Origin: a virus
Direction: 5' to 3' (one strand)
Length of the DNA stretch: 64,000 bases
IMG/VR virus record: IMGVR_UViG_3300017917_004576
Location: 56,069-120,068 of that record
Part shown: in pieces, positions 22,201 through 31,294 of the stretch
Numbering within the stretch: the stretch's first letter is position 1
Layout: each line of letters starts with the position of its first letter
Made by a program: the position numbers and the translations under genes
The notes under the pieces: generated by a model
Seen by the model: only the letters and a program-made list of their open reading frames with translations
Databases searched by the model: none
Told to the model about the DNA's origin: nothing

Positions 22201-24356
22201 ATCAATATGCTTTTGAAAAAGACAGTATTGATACACAATATCCCCCAGAAATATTAAAGACCACACATAGTATAGGATCATATGGGAACGGATCTAATTT
22301 TAGAAATAAAAATATACTTAATACAGTTCCATCATATAATAATATTAAAAAACTTGATGATATATTAAATAATCATATTAATGATAAATTTAAAAAACCA
22401 AAAATTACTATTAATAATAATATTATAATTTCATCGGAGTCTATTGGATATCCACATAAAATTATAGATATACCAGAAATAATGAATCAAAAAAATTATA
22501 TAGTTCAAGAAACTAATTTAGATGATGCCATAAAAAATAAATTAGAGTATGTTTTTAACAATATTGAATCTACATATTCTCTATTTTATATTAAGAATAA
22601 TCAACTTAAAAAAGAAAATATTCCATTAATTGGTAATATCAGTATAGAAGATGATTTGGAAATTAAAAAAACTATAACTCCAATAAATGGAGAGGGGCTA
22701 GGTCCAGACCAACCTATTGGACAAGAAATGTCAGATACAACATATAATTATCTTATAGCTAGGCTAAATATTTTAGAAGACCAACGAGAATATCCTAGTC
22801 TAGAACAGAGCATAGGGGTGGATAATCAAACTAATCAAATCTTAGAATCTAGAAACTTAAATTATATAAATAAGCACTTAGTAGCATTATCAAATTATAA
22901 TATTCATAAAAAAAGAACGGAATATGCTTTAAGGGTACTTTATAAAGAAAAAGAAGACATATTAAGATTATTAAGCGAAATAAGTATCAAGCAAACAGCC
23001 GAAATTAATCTAATTAATAATAATACTATTATTGGAGATATTATTTCTGAAGATACTAATAATATTGAAATAAAAATACAAGAAGAAATACAAAAAATAG
23101 AAAAAGATAATATTCTAAATATTAGAAGAGCTTTTACTAGAAACACATCGGGCATTAGAGGACAAGAAATAGCTAAAATCTCTTTAATAGCACCATTTGA
23201 ATGGATGCGTAGTTTTAATGTTTATGATATCAATTATGAGAAAAATAATGACGACTACTGGATCAACTTAGATCCACATCAATCTTGCAGCATAGCGGAA
23301 GAATTAAGACCCAAGGTGCTCAAAAAGATAGAATATATATGTAGAGGAACACCATTTATACAAACTATCGCTGGCACACCATTATTACCAAGCAACAATA
23401 TTTGTATAAGATTAAGAGGACAATCTATACAAAATAATATAGGGGATCATGTTACTTTCAAAAAAAGCAATAAAAACTCTGGTAGAGGACCATCTTATGA
23501 ATCTTATATATATGAAATTAATGAAAATATTATAAATTCTAAAAAAACTAATTTAGAGAATAAACTTAGACAACAAGGATTACCAATATATTGGAAAGAA
23601 TGGATATCGAGAAGAGATTATCATATAAATGGTGATACAGAAAATCTCGATCTTGCTTATGATAATAAAGAAATACTCGTAACCGCTTTTGAAACATACG
23701 ACATATTACTTACAGAAGTAGAAAATAATAATGGTAAAGCTATTATAAAAACTACTTCGGATGGAGACGTGAATGAGTTTGGAAAAGAAGGTGGAATTCC
23801 AGCTCTCGCTAGTAGAGAATCGAGATCACCAAACGGTTACGGCCTGCTAAGTCAAGGAATTAGGGTGGAACAATCTGTTAAAATCTATAATGTTTGTAAT
23901 TTAGACAATATCAATAATTTAAAAGTTAAAATTAGAAAATTACCACGACTAGTAAGAGGAATGGATATGCTATCTACCATATTTAGATATGGTATAGAGG
24001 TTCCGTACAGAGCATATCCTAGAAGATCTGCTCTTGAACCCTTAGATCCTTTCATAGTTGTTAGCGCCGGATCATTTAGTGGCGGAGTAAATGTTATTAA
24101 TAACGATTTCCATTATTGGAAATGTATGGAAATAGACAATACTACGAATACATTAATTCCATCTTCAACTCCATTATTTTTTCAATTAATGAATGAGATG
24201 ATGTATAGGGCATTCTATGGATCTGTTGATGGTATAGAAATTAAAACCAATGACATGATTAGTCAATTTTTATGGGAATTAATTCCATATGAATTTTTTA
24301 CCAAGCCTAAAATAATTTCAGAACCACCATTAGGAGACGATGCTGTGCAGCTCTAA
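16242..24356 (+). CDS. Giant virion protein with PKD-like and P-domain-like segments
   Basis: 2704 aa; CRWEQVSGP...GRYQIKCTI (PKD-like); TIQDLEVKLNF...DIAISL...CSWDL (proprotein convertase P-domain-like); ATGA overlap. Confidence 0.55.
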   Translation: MNNCIVYNKSFLEDLIDFESSVKDAVLNFNAISSLITNTTHEDNIWTPLFVNIDNSREYCPYKLLSDLGYISGYDNNYNFLGIQDFLSLKNPRFNFWNVENGEMVADWVLNNPLSSHFPVKGLLLWFKKLPISLSSPSPIDTFPNNSRLLFNGRVFIKIDNETLYEVGDNTKISHRFTSNTIAFNYGDNNPYNNFVKINTLGGGTTPLFTITNNHSAENRSFQTTSTIYQESDIIINGGKYLLWVPNGDVYSYYTNLDESTRILEPKAFCPSSLYQAYNACYHRITLDNAKDFEKRQLNIARCYKNLAKYLATSPYIDEFSISRLSNKKIRDISNNYILDTNLQNALIKTVQYLESKSLIDDIKNTLNTNIIFNLHDLKLKIIQKYGLKLQLSNSSAIYSTQPLRHGANIVVNQVGAYLVDKNIKNTHVVANQNIKIGGLTVGTNFNEEESKVSFIGPPSPQTDVGLGQDGGGYARPRPLYAMNAYMPKIKNSRKNKINLVMEKTCNIPNHPENINPSSENSPFNVLFKFGRSIKFFTDLIKFNVVTDDFELDTYRYAEDPSAPSEIIAKDYIQCRWEQVSGPPIFFIDHIKMYISPNSGPAIVVSNGRFTDLSGYDISTDVFIGSTEAYVWPSQSGRYQIKCTIKTPYGTFVKIKTFYVTAPVIADWRAAGTNENAIPRDPDPEEIFVPEPSDEFYIKQKESLPIYLNQDNLRVIVPKFNKIALNANGLCWPVDTNLYIKKIKHRPQLLVNLPMFQFMFDNKGSSDPSTLLLEYNLNNIKYRLDKIVLENTRINNDPKCADCFSFYLPQLYSNGNVWNRIKGSAGGTEVAFSLVGISKADGLEQIFRYYTLPSISTDYSPPIKSYGGYDQNIINTLDISTIPDHIGPGQTFSAITGRPLYYSADKPGEEAPFGKKKYCFEDYLPESTSSYLSFNKGVFHPQSGWIPHDSIHYNSVRNTSSVLKFNPGARDSFSFTGPSITNLNNEGYIVENNIVYILPKICKSTINLGVIPDAQFLPYTQPCNINITPCRPDVPPEWEWLNQLHRDTTDQYPNSTPGINDAHGYRVLGGGVPKRIERRINSNSNPVMDEFNFTSDTMNNSFNYLFTQSGPAYPISPIPNEVNNFFRILTTPRDNIDPETGDISSGLPQPNCLKPDGSKPEGGYYKGVPDPTGEWKGIRNPRVLDFTIQDLEVKLNFLNYVNTKDIAISLALSPCTDEYARICDAKCKDPPRFPLESAIKPEANTFIDQTVGTTVDGPYRLLGNGYTKFNNWTPRAGDGNINFKNSLSFIPLGNDDFDDYLRILTIMNTVYDPIKIENEAFEDVLKPQVLYLLNQEYIQNHSMNLSLTFSDNANKYSVLYDKSFATKGSGVGSISQSSLRYGAGDAVFNEIDVDNQTAPPYNNQYIIGNNDSIKPTTSSIYYSDRQAAIYQNIMTTNKINIVNNSFAKYRAKPLFHNSSCIGVNVPVGRPRYDSQTSFSLNITVYDESDDMFPLNNNVGSMMFTNAYDFAGKINTSQFDNALCSWDLLLHVNNIIKPTMPNLSSCHTYGNNEALALIDYSNKPKYAGYSFIANLKNHKHLLPFSNINAPNIFFYDYSLCQSAKLDQLGSPTPGYLVDFPTNAILNIMTIIAGMAGMSGAGLVGIGAGIAGSGPGLDSAYGALVAYFSSIRAAEYQQDISHDIFHQDYSRYPFGSPEKILINFSKDGVFWYKAEASIFKYINTPVLSQKQYTYIKLNKNSFPILSRFTFDFVTDIRDLIDDKYIKPLSLPCSSAASLVGPITYNNTSYNSYDLVDVSFSIDDESNATESCQNGIYSVTDNQWTLLTGNPLLINSNLDYISDNNILFNNQDIYRTNNIFSNFTVNATDNQIIILNGKIPYEIFSLNDNVDVSGNNLEPDPIIEEPIGPETTPGLPTEDNTPQPILQRATGPTYTRKVIAKALIYKDHKPYSVLKMDRSMLGVDFISPQDNVVVVFDLSSSFDNKESPLNQYAFEKDSIDTQYPPEILKTTHSIGSYGNGSNFRNKNILNTVPSYNNIKKLDDILNNHINDKFKKPKITINNNIIISSESIGYPHKIIDIPEIMNQKNYIVQETNLDDAIKNKLEYVFNNIESTYSLFYIKNNQLKKENIPLIGNISIEDDLEIKKTITPINGEGLGPDQPIGQEMSDTTYNYLIARLNILEDQREYPSLEQSIGVDNQTNQILESRNLNYINKHLVALSNYNIHKKRTEYALRVLYKEKEDILRLLSEISIKQTAEINLINNNTIIGDIISEDTNNIEIKIQEEIQKIEKDNILNIRRAFTRNTSGIRGQEIAKISLIAPFEWMRSFNVYDINYEKNNDDYWINLDPHQSCSIAEELRPKVLKKIEYICRGTPFIQTIAGTPLLPSNNICIRLRGQSIQNNIGDHVTFKKSNKNSGRGPSYESYIYEINENIINSKKTNLENKLRQQGLPIYWKEWISRRDYHINGDTENLDLAYDNKEILVTAFETYDILLTEVENNNGKAIIKTTSDGDVNEFGKEGGIPALASRESRSPNGYGLLSQGIRVEQSVKIYNVCNLDNINNLKVKIRKLPRLVRGMDMLSTIFRYGIEVPYRAYPRRSALEPLDPFIVVSAGSFSGGVNVINNDFHYWKCMEIDNTTNTLIPSSTPLFFQLMNEMMYRAFYGSVDGIEIKTNDMISQFLWELIPYEFFTKPKIISEPPLGDDAVQL

Positions 24357-24360
24357 TTAA

Positions 24361-24723
24361 ATGTTTTGTAATTTCATATTAAAAAATAACAATATATATA
24401 AATGCAGTAAATGCGGTATAGAGATTTCGACAAATGATGGAGATGCTCCGATATTTCCATGTTCCTCAATAGATATCGATTCTGATCAACCAGACTTCAT
24501 TAAGGAACTAAGGGACTTGTCTACAGACATATTGGATAAAACAATAAATAATGAAGATATTGCTTCTGATGATGAAATAGAAAGACGTTTTAAAATTTGC
24601 GAAAGCTGTGAATTTTTTAAGCACTCAATATGCTCACAGTGCGGATGTCCAGTAAATAGAACACGTAATTATATTAATAAATTAAGCTTGGTCAACGAGC
24701 AATGTCCGATGAATCGATGGTAA
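24361..24723 (+). CDS. Cys-rich zinc-binding protein (DUF6171-like C-terminus)
   Basis: RFKICESC...CSQCGC...K...CP..RW pattern. Confidence 0.6.
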   Translation: MFCNFILKNNNIYKCSKCGIEISTNDGDAPIFPCSSIDIDSDQPDFIKELRDLSTDILDKTINNEDIASDDEIERRFKICESCEFFKHSICSQCGCPVNRTRNYINKLSLVNEQCPMNRW

Positions 24724-25047
24724 TTATTCTTTATCTTTAGTCCACTTGTGCCATCCACTATGTGGAAGATAGTTTCCATTATCATCTTTACGTTTTGGAA
24801 ATAATGTTCCGCCCTTTTTGTGCTGACCAAATGCTAAGACAGCACCACAATCAGAACATCTCAATTCATAGTAATCGTTTCCATCAACATTTCTAACAAC
24901 AAACTTAATATTGGTGCTACCACACATACCACATTTGGCTTCTCCAAAAATTTCTTGGATTAGAGCAAGCTCTTTAAATATTTCTTTTTGCCCGCTGCCT
25001 TCTAATTCAAATTGTAATTTATCATTAGCTTTGTATAGTACTTTCAT
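24724..25047 (-). CDS. Zinc-ribbon hypothetical protein
   Basis: CGMC...CSDC; stop abuts the stop of the + strand operon. Confidence 0.65.
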   Translation of the reverse strand: MKVLYKANDKLQFELEGSGQKEIFKELALIQEIFGEAKCGMCGSTNIKFVVRNVDGNDYYELRCSDCGAVLAFGQHKKGGTLFPKRKDDNGNYLPHSGWHKWTKDKE

Positions 25048-25050
25048 AAA

Positions 25051-25779
25051 TTATTTCCATTCGTTAGAGTAGCCTAAAATATCTTGTGGTATACTATCAA
25101 TATTTTGTTGGTATTTTGATAATAATCTTATTATATCAACCGCACTCTCATGTGTCAAACTATAAATATTCTTAGTTTCCATATTATTTTGTTCTAATAA
25201 TTTGATAACATTAATATTTAATCTCTGAGCCAAAACGTCTATAAAATTAATTTGTTGGTTACTAATCTTATTTACTGTATCATGATCAGGATGGTCTTCT
25301 ATATCTTTTGATAATTCTTCGGCCGCTACTACTTTGCGTAGTCTTAACGCTCTTCTTAGGGCTCTTCCTTCTGCCCTAGTTTCCGCAACAGCAACGGGAT
25401 GATTACGGTATACTTTATCGCAGTTGCCCCAGTAAACGTCCGCAGAGCCATCCACAGACACAATATTTAAACCGTTTAAGTCCTGAACAGCTGGATTTAA
25501 ACAGTAAGATAGGGAATGTATGACCGTTGCTCTTTTTTCATTTTCTGGACTAGGAGACTGAACAACCGAACTTGTTGACGATATTAATCTGCAATTTAGG
25601 ACGGTTTCAAAAATACGTCTTAAACCATCCGTTGTTGGATTACCAGCAATCTTCTCGTCGTCTGATAAAAGTCCAAGAACATAGTCTGTCCAATCTAAGT
25701 CAGCAATAGTTGGAATTTTCTTTTCAACGATATTATCTTCGGTATTCTCAATTGTTTCGTTCTTATCTTTTTTAGCCAT
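25051..25779 (-). CDS. Putative single-strand annealing protein (Rad52/ERF-like)
   Basis: G.AD...AVAETRAEGRALRRAL motif and a short C-terminal helical domain. Confidence 0.45.
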   Translation of the reverse strand: MAKKDKNETIENTEDNIVEKKIPTIADLDWTDYVLGLLSDDEKIAGNPTTDGLRRIFETVLNCRLISSTSSVVQSPSPENEKRATVIHSLSYCLNPAVQDLNGLNIVSVDGSADVYWGNCDKVYRNHPVAVAETRAEGRALRRALRLRKVVAAEELSKDIEDHPDHDTVNKISNQQINFIDVLAQRLNINVIKLLEQNNMETKNIYSLTHESAVDIIRLLSKYQQNIDSIPQDILGYSNEWK

Positions 25780-26584
25780 TGGTATCCTTTATAGTAAATT
25801 TCTGTTGCCCAGAAATAAGGTTAGAGTGATTTGTTTTTATAATTTGAAGTATTTGATCATAAATTAAGAAGGCGCGAGCATCAGAATAATCTTTGGTTTG
25901 TATGATCCTCAATAAATTCCATCCTTTACCAATTATTAGTCCTTCTTTTTTATTATCGTAATTTTTATTTCTTTTTAATGATTCTTGACCCCAAACAGGG
26001 GTAAAGTGAGATGGACCATCGACCTCTATCGCTAGATTTATACTAGGAACGAACAGATCAATCTGCAACCTCGTATTCACCAGAGTTTGTTCTTTATGAA
26101 ATTCTACTTTGTATCCGTCATTTAATAGTCTTTTATGTAGATATTTTTCTAGTTTTGATCCTACCTTACTTGTGGCTCTGACCGCGGTATTAGCAGATTT
26201 AAGAATGTTCTCTTTTGTATTATCGTCTAAATTTTCCCAATTTTGTTTAGCTTGAAGTTTTCTTTTTTGTATTTCATCATCTTCTAGATTTTCCCATGCA
26301 TTTAATACGCCCATACCTATCTTTTGTTTTGTATCTTGAGATCTTTCTTTCCCTTTTGTTGGATGCGAATGCTTACCAGTTTTTAGAGCATTTTTTTGAG
26401 CTTCGCTCTTATCTCGTATTTTAATATTTAATTTTTTAGCATCTCTCCTTATTCTATTAGCGTATGTGTCATACATAACAGCTATATCTGCAAAACTTTT
26501 ACCTTGTTCAGAATATAGAGATAGAATTAGATCTTTTTTGTCTTGGTCAGACAAATTATCGTAAGATGTGTTGTATTTTTTCAT
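25772..26584 (-). CDS. Vsr/DUF559 (EDxHD)-like endonuclease with N-terminal HTH and basic NUMOD3-like region
   Basis: IDLFVP..NLAIEVDGPSH...D..K; KGKERSQDTKQKI. Confidence 0.65.
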   Translation of the reverse strand: MKKYNTSYDNLSDQDKKDLILSLYSEQGKSFADIAVMYDTYANRIRRDAKKLNIKIRDKSEAQKNALKTGKHSHPTKGKERSQDTKQKIGMGVLNAWENLEDDEIQKRKLQAKQNWENLDDNTKENILKSANTAVRATSKVGSKLEKYLHKRLLNDGYKVEFHKEQTLVNTRLQIDLFVPSINLAIEVDGPSHFTPVWGQESLKRNKNYDNKKEGLIIGKGWNLLRIIQTKDYSDARAFLIYDQILQIIKTNHSNLISGQQKFTIKDTNG

Positions 26585-27014
26585 AATTAAAACTCTCCAT
26601 AATATCTAATGGTTTTCTCCAAGACATATCATATATATCATATATATATTGGTTAGAAGCTATAAAATCTATATCATTGTAGATATCTTTCCATTCATTG
26701 TATAGATTATTTCTATTTTTAATCCATGGTATATCATTACAGTATAATATCTTTTTATTAATATTTGGAAATTTTTTCGATATAATAAGACTAACCAAAT
26801 CGAATGTCCATAAATCGCCTTTAAAAAACTTAGCATGGGAAAGATGTAATATTGGTATATTATAGGTTAATACTTTATCGCAATTACTATTGAATATTAC
26901 AATATTATAATAGGGATTATTATCTATTAAAAGTTTAATATTTTTTAGAATATTATCATAATATTCATTATTTTCTATGCTAATGATCATAAAGCCTATG
27001 CTTTTTTTATTCAC
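26556..27014 (-). CDS. Hypothetical protein (glycosyltransferase-fragment-like)
   Basis: ORF in the overlapping GT operon. Confidence 0.45.
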   Translation of the reverse strand: MNKKSIGFMIISIENNEYYDNILKNIKLLIDNNPYYNIVIFNSNCDKVLTYNIPILHLSHAKFFKGDLWTFDLVSLIISKKFPNINKKILYCNDIPWIKNRNNLYNEWKDIYNDIDFIASNQYIYDIYDMSWRKPLDIMESFNYEKIQHILR

Positions 27015-27720
27015 GGAATAGTACCTTTAAAAAATTAGAATACGACTGAAAACTTTTACTATTTTTATAAGTTGTGGGCTGTAAGGTTTCAAGATCATCT
27101 TTGGACAAAACTAAACACTGGCTCGCCCACGCTTCTGGAACATAATCATCATTTATTGCTAAATAGTATTTAGACTGTCGCAGTAATAAGGCTTTATCAT
27201 TTTCGGAGACGAGTCCTAAATTTTGAGGATGAATAATAGCATTATTATTGAATAATTTAATAGGTAGTTTACTTGTTGGATATAAAAAATTATTTAGCCA
27301 ATTTGGCAACGAGTCGATACCGTCTAGAAAAGATATAATATGATTATTCTTTAATGTTTGATCTGGAGAAGAAAAAAACAGCTCATTGTTAACTAATTTA
27401 GGAATACTAATTGTATCATAATCAGATGGATTTTTATCTTTTTGCAAAATCTTTTTAATATTTAAGTTTTTTCTTAATTGAATATTATTATCATTATATA
27501 CGAATATGTTTATATTTTTACCAAAATCATCTATAAATTGATATTCTTCCTGTTCCATAATTGACGCTATGAAAATTACATGACTAAAATTATAAGTATA
27601 ATATAGTTTATATAGATTATTCTTAGTTTCTGTAACTATCTTATTACAAAAATCAGTGCTAGATAAACCTATATTATTAATAAATTTAATGTTTTTATAC
27701 TGTACTAATAAATTATTCAT
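27007..27720 (-). CDS. Degenerate GT-B-like protein
   Basis: C-terminal NLGLVS...LL..SKYYL...YVPEAWASQC resembles the GT4 E-A-x-x-x-G-C region. Confidence 0.4.
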   Translation of the reverse strand: MNNLLVQYKNIKFINNIGLSSTDFCNKIVTETKNNLYKLYYTYNFSHVIFIASIMEQEEYQFIDDFGKNINIFVYNDNNIQLRKNLNIKKILQKDKNPSDYDTISIPKLVNNELFFSSPDQTLKNNHIISFLDGIDSLPNWLNNFLYPTSKLPIKLFNNNAIIHPQNLGLVSENDKALLLRQSKYYLAINDDYVPEAWASQCLVLSKDDLETLQPTTYKNSKSFQSYSNFLKVLFRE

Positions 27721-28394
27721 ATAAATATCCTGGCGCTTGTAATATCTTTAGCATTATTTATTTTCATTATGTTATTTTTGTTAATATAAATTTTCTTAAA
27801 CACAATATTTTTTTGTAGTAAAAAGTTGATAGCCTCAAACAGATACATTTGTTTAAACATAGAACTATCGCATGACAAGAAGGTGTCTATGGCCAAATTA
27901 TTAAAATAGACTATCTCCGACCACGACTGTTCCATATCAAAAAAAAGATATTCGAGATTTGTAGATAATGATGATCCTATTGTAAAATTTTTTTTAGGCT
28001 TGTTAAGCATAAATATTTTTGACTCATTATTTAGAAAGCTTTTATCTATAATTTTGTCTTTAATCAGTATTCCACTGTTGATTACTAACAAATTTTTTGG
28101 TCTATACTTATTAATATAAGTTATAAGATTTTGTGCTTGATTAGTATGCTCATATTCGTTATTAATTAAAAAATTAATATTTTTATATCTATAAAGCTTA
28201 CTAATAATCTTGTCATAATCAAAACCTATATTAATTGTTATATTAGATATTTTATTTATTTTTTGAGCCTGACTAATTTGGTATTCCAAAACACTCATAT
28301 TCTTTTTTAGATTAAGTAAACACTTTGATCCTATAGATTTCATTCCTTTCGTTATTTCTGGAGTTATTATTAGTATATCAATCATAATAATCAA
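27717..28394 (-). CDS. Sugar-phosphate nucleotidyltransferase-like protein (degenerate)
   Basis: KGMKSIGSKCLL...LEYQI...IGF...N.EY..TN; the usual AAGxG loop is replaced by TPEIT. Confidence 0.55.
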   Translation of the reverse strand: MIIMIDILIITPEITKGMKSIGSKCLLNLKKNMSVLEYQISQAQKINKISNITINIGFDYDKIISKLYRYKNINFLINNEYEHTNQAQNLITYINKYRPKNLLVINSGILIKDKIIDKSFLNNESKIFMLNKPKKNFTIGSSLSTNLEYLFFDMEQSWSEIVYFNNLAIDTFLSCDSSMFKQMYLFEAINFLLQKNIVFKKIYINKNNIMKINNAKDITSARIFI

Positions 28395-29100
28395 ATAATA
28401 TATTCGTATTTTGTTCTATAGTATAGTCTATATTTTTTGAGAAAAGCTTATAGTTATCTGTGCCTATAAAAACGCCATCAATATTTGAATCTATATTAGA
28501 ACATTTATAATAATGAATAGATTTTTGTTCCACATTCACCAAATAATTGATTTCTTGTATGCTATCGTTCTTAACAACATGATCTAATCCTGCTTCTGTT
28601 AGAATCCACAACACATTTTGGATATTTTTCTTATTTGTTTCCAGTGCAATGTGAAGAGCTTGTGGTCCAGGAATATCTTCTAAAAATTTATGGATCTTAT
28701 ATTTAATACCAAGATTGTTGATTTTTTTTGTTAAATTTTCGGTATTGTTATAACAGACTATGGTTATATAGTATGGCTTAATAGATAGATTATTTAAGTT
28801 GTTTATCAGCAGATCAATATCTGGAGATTTGTCTAGAATAACTGCGATGGAGTAGCGAATTGTGTTTTGTTGTTTAATATATTCTATAAGATCCACAGAA
28901 TGAAATTTATCAATATTTTCTTTGTATATTTTATTACTTATTCCATATCTGCACTGATAGTTTTCTATAATATTAAATTCATTATCAATACGTATATTGT
29001 GAATATCTTTTATTATTGTTGGAATATCAAAAAAACACGCTTTATCGTCTGATGTTGTTTTTTTAGCGAAATAACAGTCTTGACATAGTGTATTTCTCAT
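28378..29100 (-). CDS. Hypothetical protein, Cys-containing N-terminus, GT-A-like C-terminus
   Basis: CQDC..C..C; weak GT2-like pattern; cluster context. Confidence 0.4.
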   Translation of the reverse strand: MRNTLCQDCYFAKKTTSDDKACFFDIPTIIKDIHNIRIDNEFNIIENYQCRYGISNKIYKENIDKFHSVDLIEYIKQQNTIRYSIAVILDKSPDIDLLINNLNNLSIKPYYITIVCYNNTENLTKKINNLGIKYKIHKFLEDIPGPQALHIALETNKKNIQNVLWILTEAGLDHVVKNDSIQEINYLVNVEQKSIHYYKCSNIDSNIDGVFIGTDNYKLFSKNIDYTIEQNTNILFDYYD

Positions 29101-29501
29101 AACTGTTTTCTCTCTAAGAATAGTGTTGTAAAATATTCTTCTTGATTTATATGTATAATATCGAAAGTATTAAAGTCTATAAATGTATAAAGACTATCTA
29201 TAGACAGTAAGCTTTGTTTATTCTGAAAAAAGGTTAAGAAATCTTGATATGACATACTTCCAGCCATAAAATTTTTAGTGATACTGGTAACATTATTAAT
29301 TGTAATAATGAGTTTTCCAAGAGGTTTTAGCTTAGATAATAATATATTAATAACCTGTCCATGGGCATTCTCTGGTAAGAATTCTAAACACGCAACTTTA
29401 ATACTATCGCAAGAATAGTTAATTATTGATGCAAGATCATTTATGTGAATAGTGTTTTTATCAGAAGGTTCTGTGATGGATATGTTGATATTACGGCTCA
29501 T
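29097..29501 (-). CDS. Methyltransferase-fold fragment-like protein
   Basis: SCDSI...LEF...LLSKLKPLGKLIIT resembles class I MTase motifs; no SAM-binding GxG seen. Confidence 0.4.
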   Translation of the reverse strand: MSRNINISITEPSDKNTIHINDLASIINYSCDSIKVACLEFLPENAHGQVINILLSKLKPLGKLIITINNVTSITKNFMAGSMSYQDFLTFFQNKQSLLSIDSLYTFIDFNTFDIIHINQEEYFTTLFLERKQL

Positions 29502-30342
29502 AAATATATACTCTTTTAAAGACTTGATTAAAAACTTGATTTATATTATGTTGCATATTTTTTATATTTATATATGTATTAGAATAAGATTGTATTTCTT
29601 TTGGTAAAGAATAGTTTTCTAGTATGGATTTTATTTGCTCGTTTATATTTTTATTGTTGATATTTTTTATTAGAGGATTATAAAACTCTTGAGATAATGG
29701 AATATTTGTTAAAACAAAACAATTTAAAGCAGAACTAAGGATAGCGTCGTATTGACCTTGTGTTACAATACATATTTTATATTTAGATATTATATTTAAT
29801 ATATCTTCATAAGAACTAATATCGTTTTTATTTAATATGTCACAACTATTTGCTAATGTTTTGATATAGTTATATAGCTCTATATTGACATTACTATGAT
29901 CAATATTTAATATTAAAATGTCTTTATCTTTTGTCATATCAATATTCTCTGGTAGGCCATATTGTAGAATATGACAATTATTGTCCATGTTCCATAACTC
30001 TTTAATAGTTTTACTAAAAAATATTCTATGACTATTTCTTAGTTTTCTATCTAGGATATATTTATCTTCTTTTTTAATTATATTTGATGGTGGATCATGG
30101 AATACCAGAACACTATTTACATTATATTCTAAAGACAGCTTTTCTATGTTTTGAGAATAAAACAAAGGATCGTCGGATAAGATAGCTGAAAAAGGTTGAG
30201 ATGGTTCGGTAATGATATTATAATCAGAATTAACATTTAACATATAAAAAAATATGTTCTTTTTACCAATATAGTATATGGTTTTATTATCTAGTAAATT
30301 ATTAATAATGTTTGAACAGGCTAAATTATTTAACATAGGCAT
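29491..30342 (-). CDS. Degenerate glycosyltransferase-like protein
   Basis: GT-B-like pattern (IFFS...W...YGL...SALNC); cluster context. Confidence 0.4.
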   Translation of the reverse strand: MPMLNNLACSNIINNLLDNKTIYYIGKKNIFFYMLNVNSDYNIITEPSQPFSAILSDDPLFYSQNIEKLSLEYNVNSVLVFHDPPSNIIKKEDKYILDRKLRNSHRIFFSKTIKELWNMDNNCHILQYGLPENIDMTKDKDILILNIDHSNVNIELYNYIKTLANSCDILNKNDISSYEDILNIISKYKICIVTQGQYDAILSSALNCFVLTNIPLSQEFYNPLIKNINNKNINEQIKSILENYSLPKEIQSYSNTYINIKNMQHNINQVFNQVFKRVYIYEP

Positions 30343-31294
30343 CTATAATTTCGCTAAGATTGTTTTTTAAACTGGGATATTTTTTCTCAGATAAAAGGTC
30401 GATATCTTGTGTATTTTTTAATTTACCATATTTATGCAGATCGTTTTGATCCCATTGTATAGTAACATTAGATGTATTTAATACAATATGTTTACCATAT
30501 TCTTTAGCAAGCATAAGATGAAGATCATTGTCTTTGTGTATATAGATATCACCAGTATTATGTATTGATCTGATGGACGTTTCGTTTAACAATGTGGGAA
30601 CAATTATAACTTTCGAAATAGTATTATTGATTTCAAATTTTTTATACACGCTCTTTATATATTCATTGCATTTATTGAGCATTTCCTGATCAATATCTTG
30701 TATAAATAATACCAAACAATTATTTTCTTGATTAAGTTTAATAAAATCTACAATTATTTTTTTTGTATCATAATCTATATTGGATTGAATTATGGTATAA
30801 TATTTTTTATATCTATTATAGATACCTAAATTAAATATATTATTTGTTGGAGATAATAATTTATTATTAATATTGTTATTAAGAAATAAACCATTATCAA
30901 TATTAAGATATTCTAATAATTTTTTATGAATATTATTACTATATAATAGCAATCCCCTATTACTTAGAAATATATATTTTTGTGATATACTATCATCAGG
31001 AATAATATCTTTATAATTAGGAAAAAAGATATGATATGGTATCTTAGAATTATAAGAAATAGTATTGATCTCTGTGTTTTGTATTAATAGATCAAAAGAT
31101 TTAGACTGATGATTTTCCATTGACAGAATTGTATCATTTAATTTGCTGGCTAGATTATTAACTCTATTTGATATAAATATGGGTCTAGCTGTCACAGTAT
31201 ATTGTTTCAGATCCTTTAAATTCAATAATAGATTCAAAGACAAATAACCATCGATACTTAATGATCTATAAGGACCTATATATAGAATATTCAT
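30326..31294 (-). CDS. Degenerate GT4-like glycosyltransferase
   Basis: MNILYIGPYR..GY start; IHNTGDIYI near C-terminus but no EGFG motif. Confidence 0.5.
   Translation of the reverse strand: MNILYIGPYRSLSIDGYLSLNLLLNLKDLKQYTVTARPIFISNRVNNLASKLNDTILSMENHQSKSFDLLIQNTEINTISYNSKIPYHIFFPNYKDIIPDDSISQKYIFLSNRGLLLYSNNIHKKLLEYLNIDNGLFLNNNINNKLLSPTNNIFNLGIYNRYKKYYTIIQSNIDYDTKKIIVDFIKLNQENNCLVLFIQDIDQEMLNKCNEYIKSVYKKFEINNTISKVIIVPTLLNETSIRSIHNTGDIYIHKDNDLHLMLAKEYGKHIVLNTSNVTIQWDQNDLHKYGKLKNTQDIDLLSEKKYPSLKNNLSEIIDAYVK

Noticed and set aside
235-23155. Short - strand ORFs inside the structural genes
   Set aside because: Antisense shadows fully nested in long + strand CDSs
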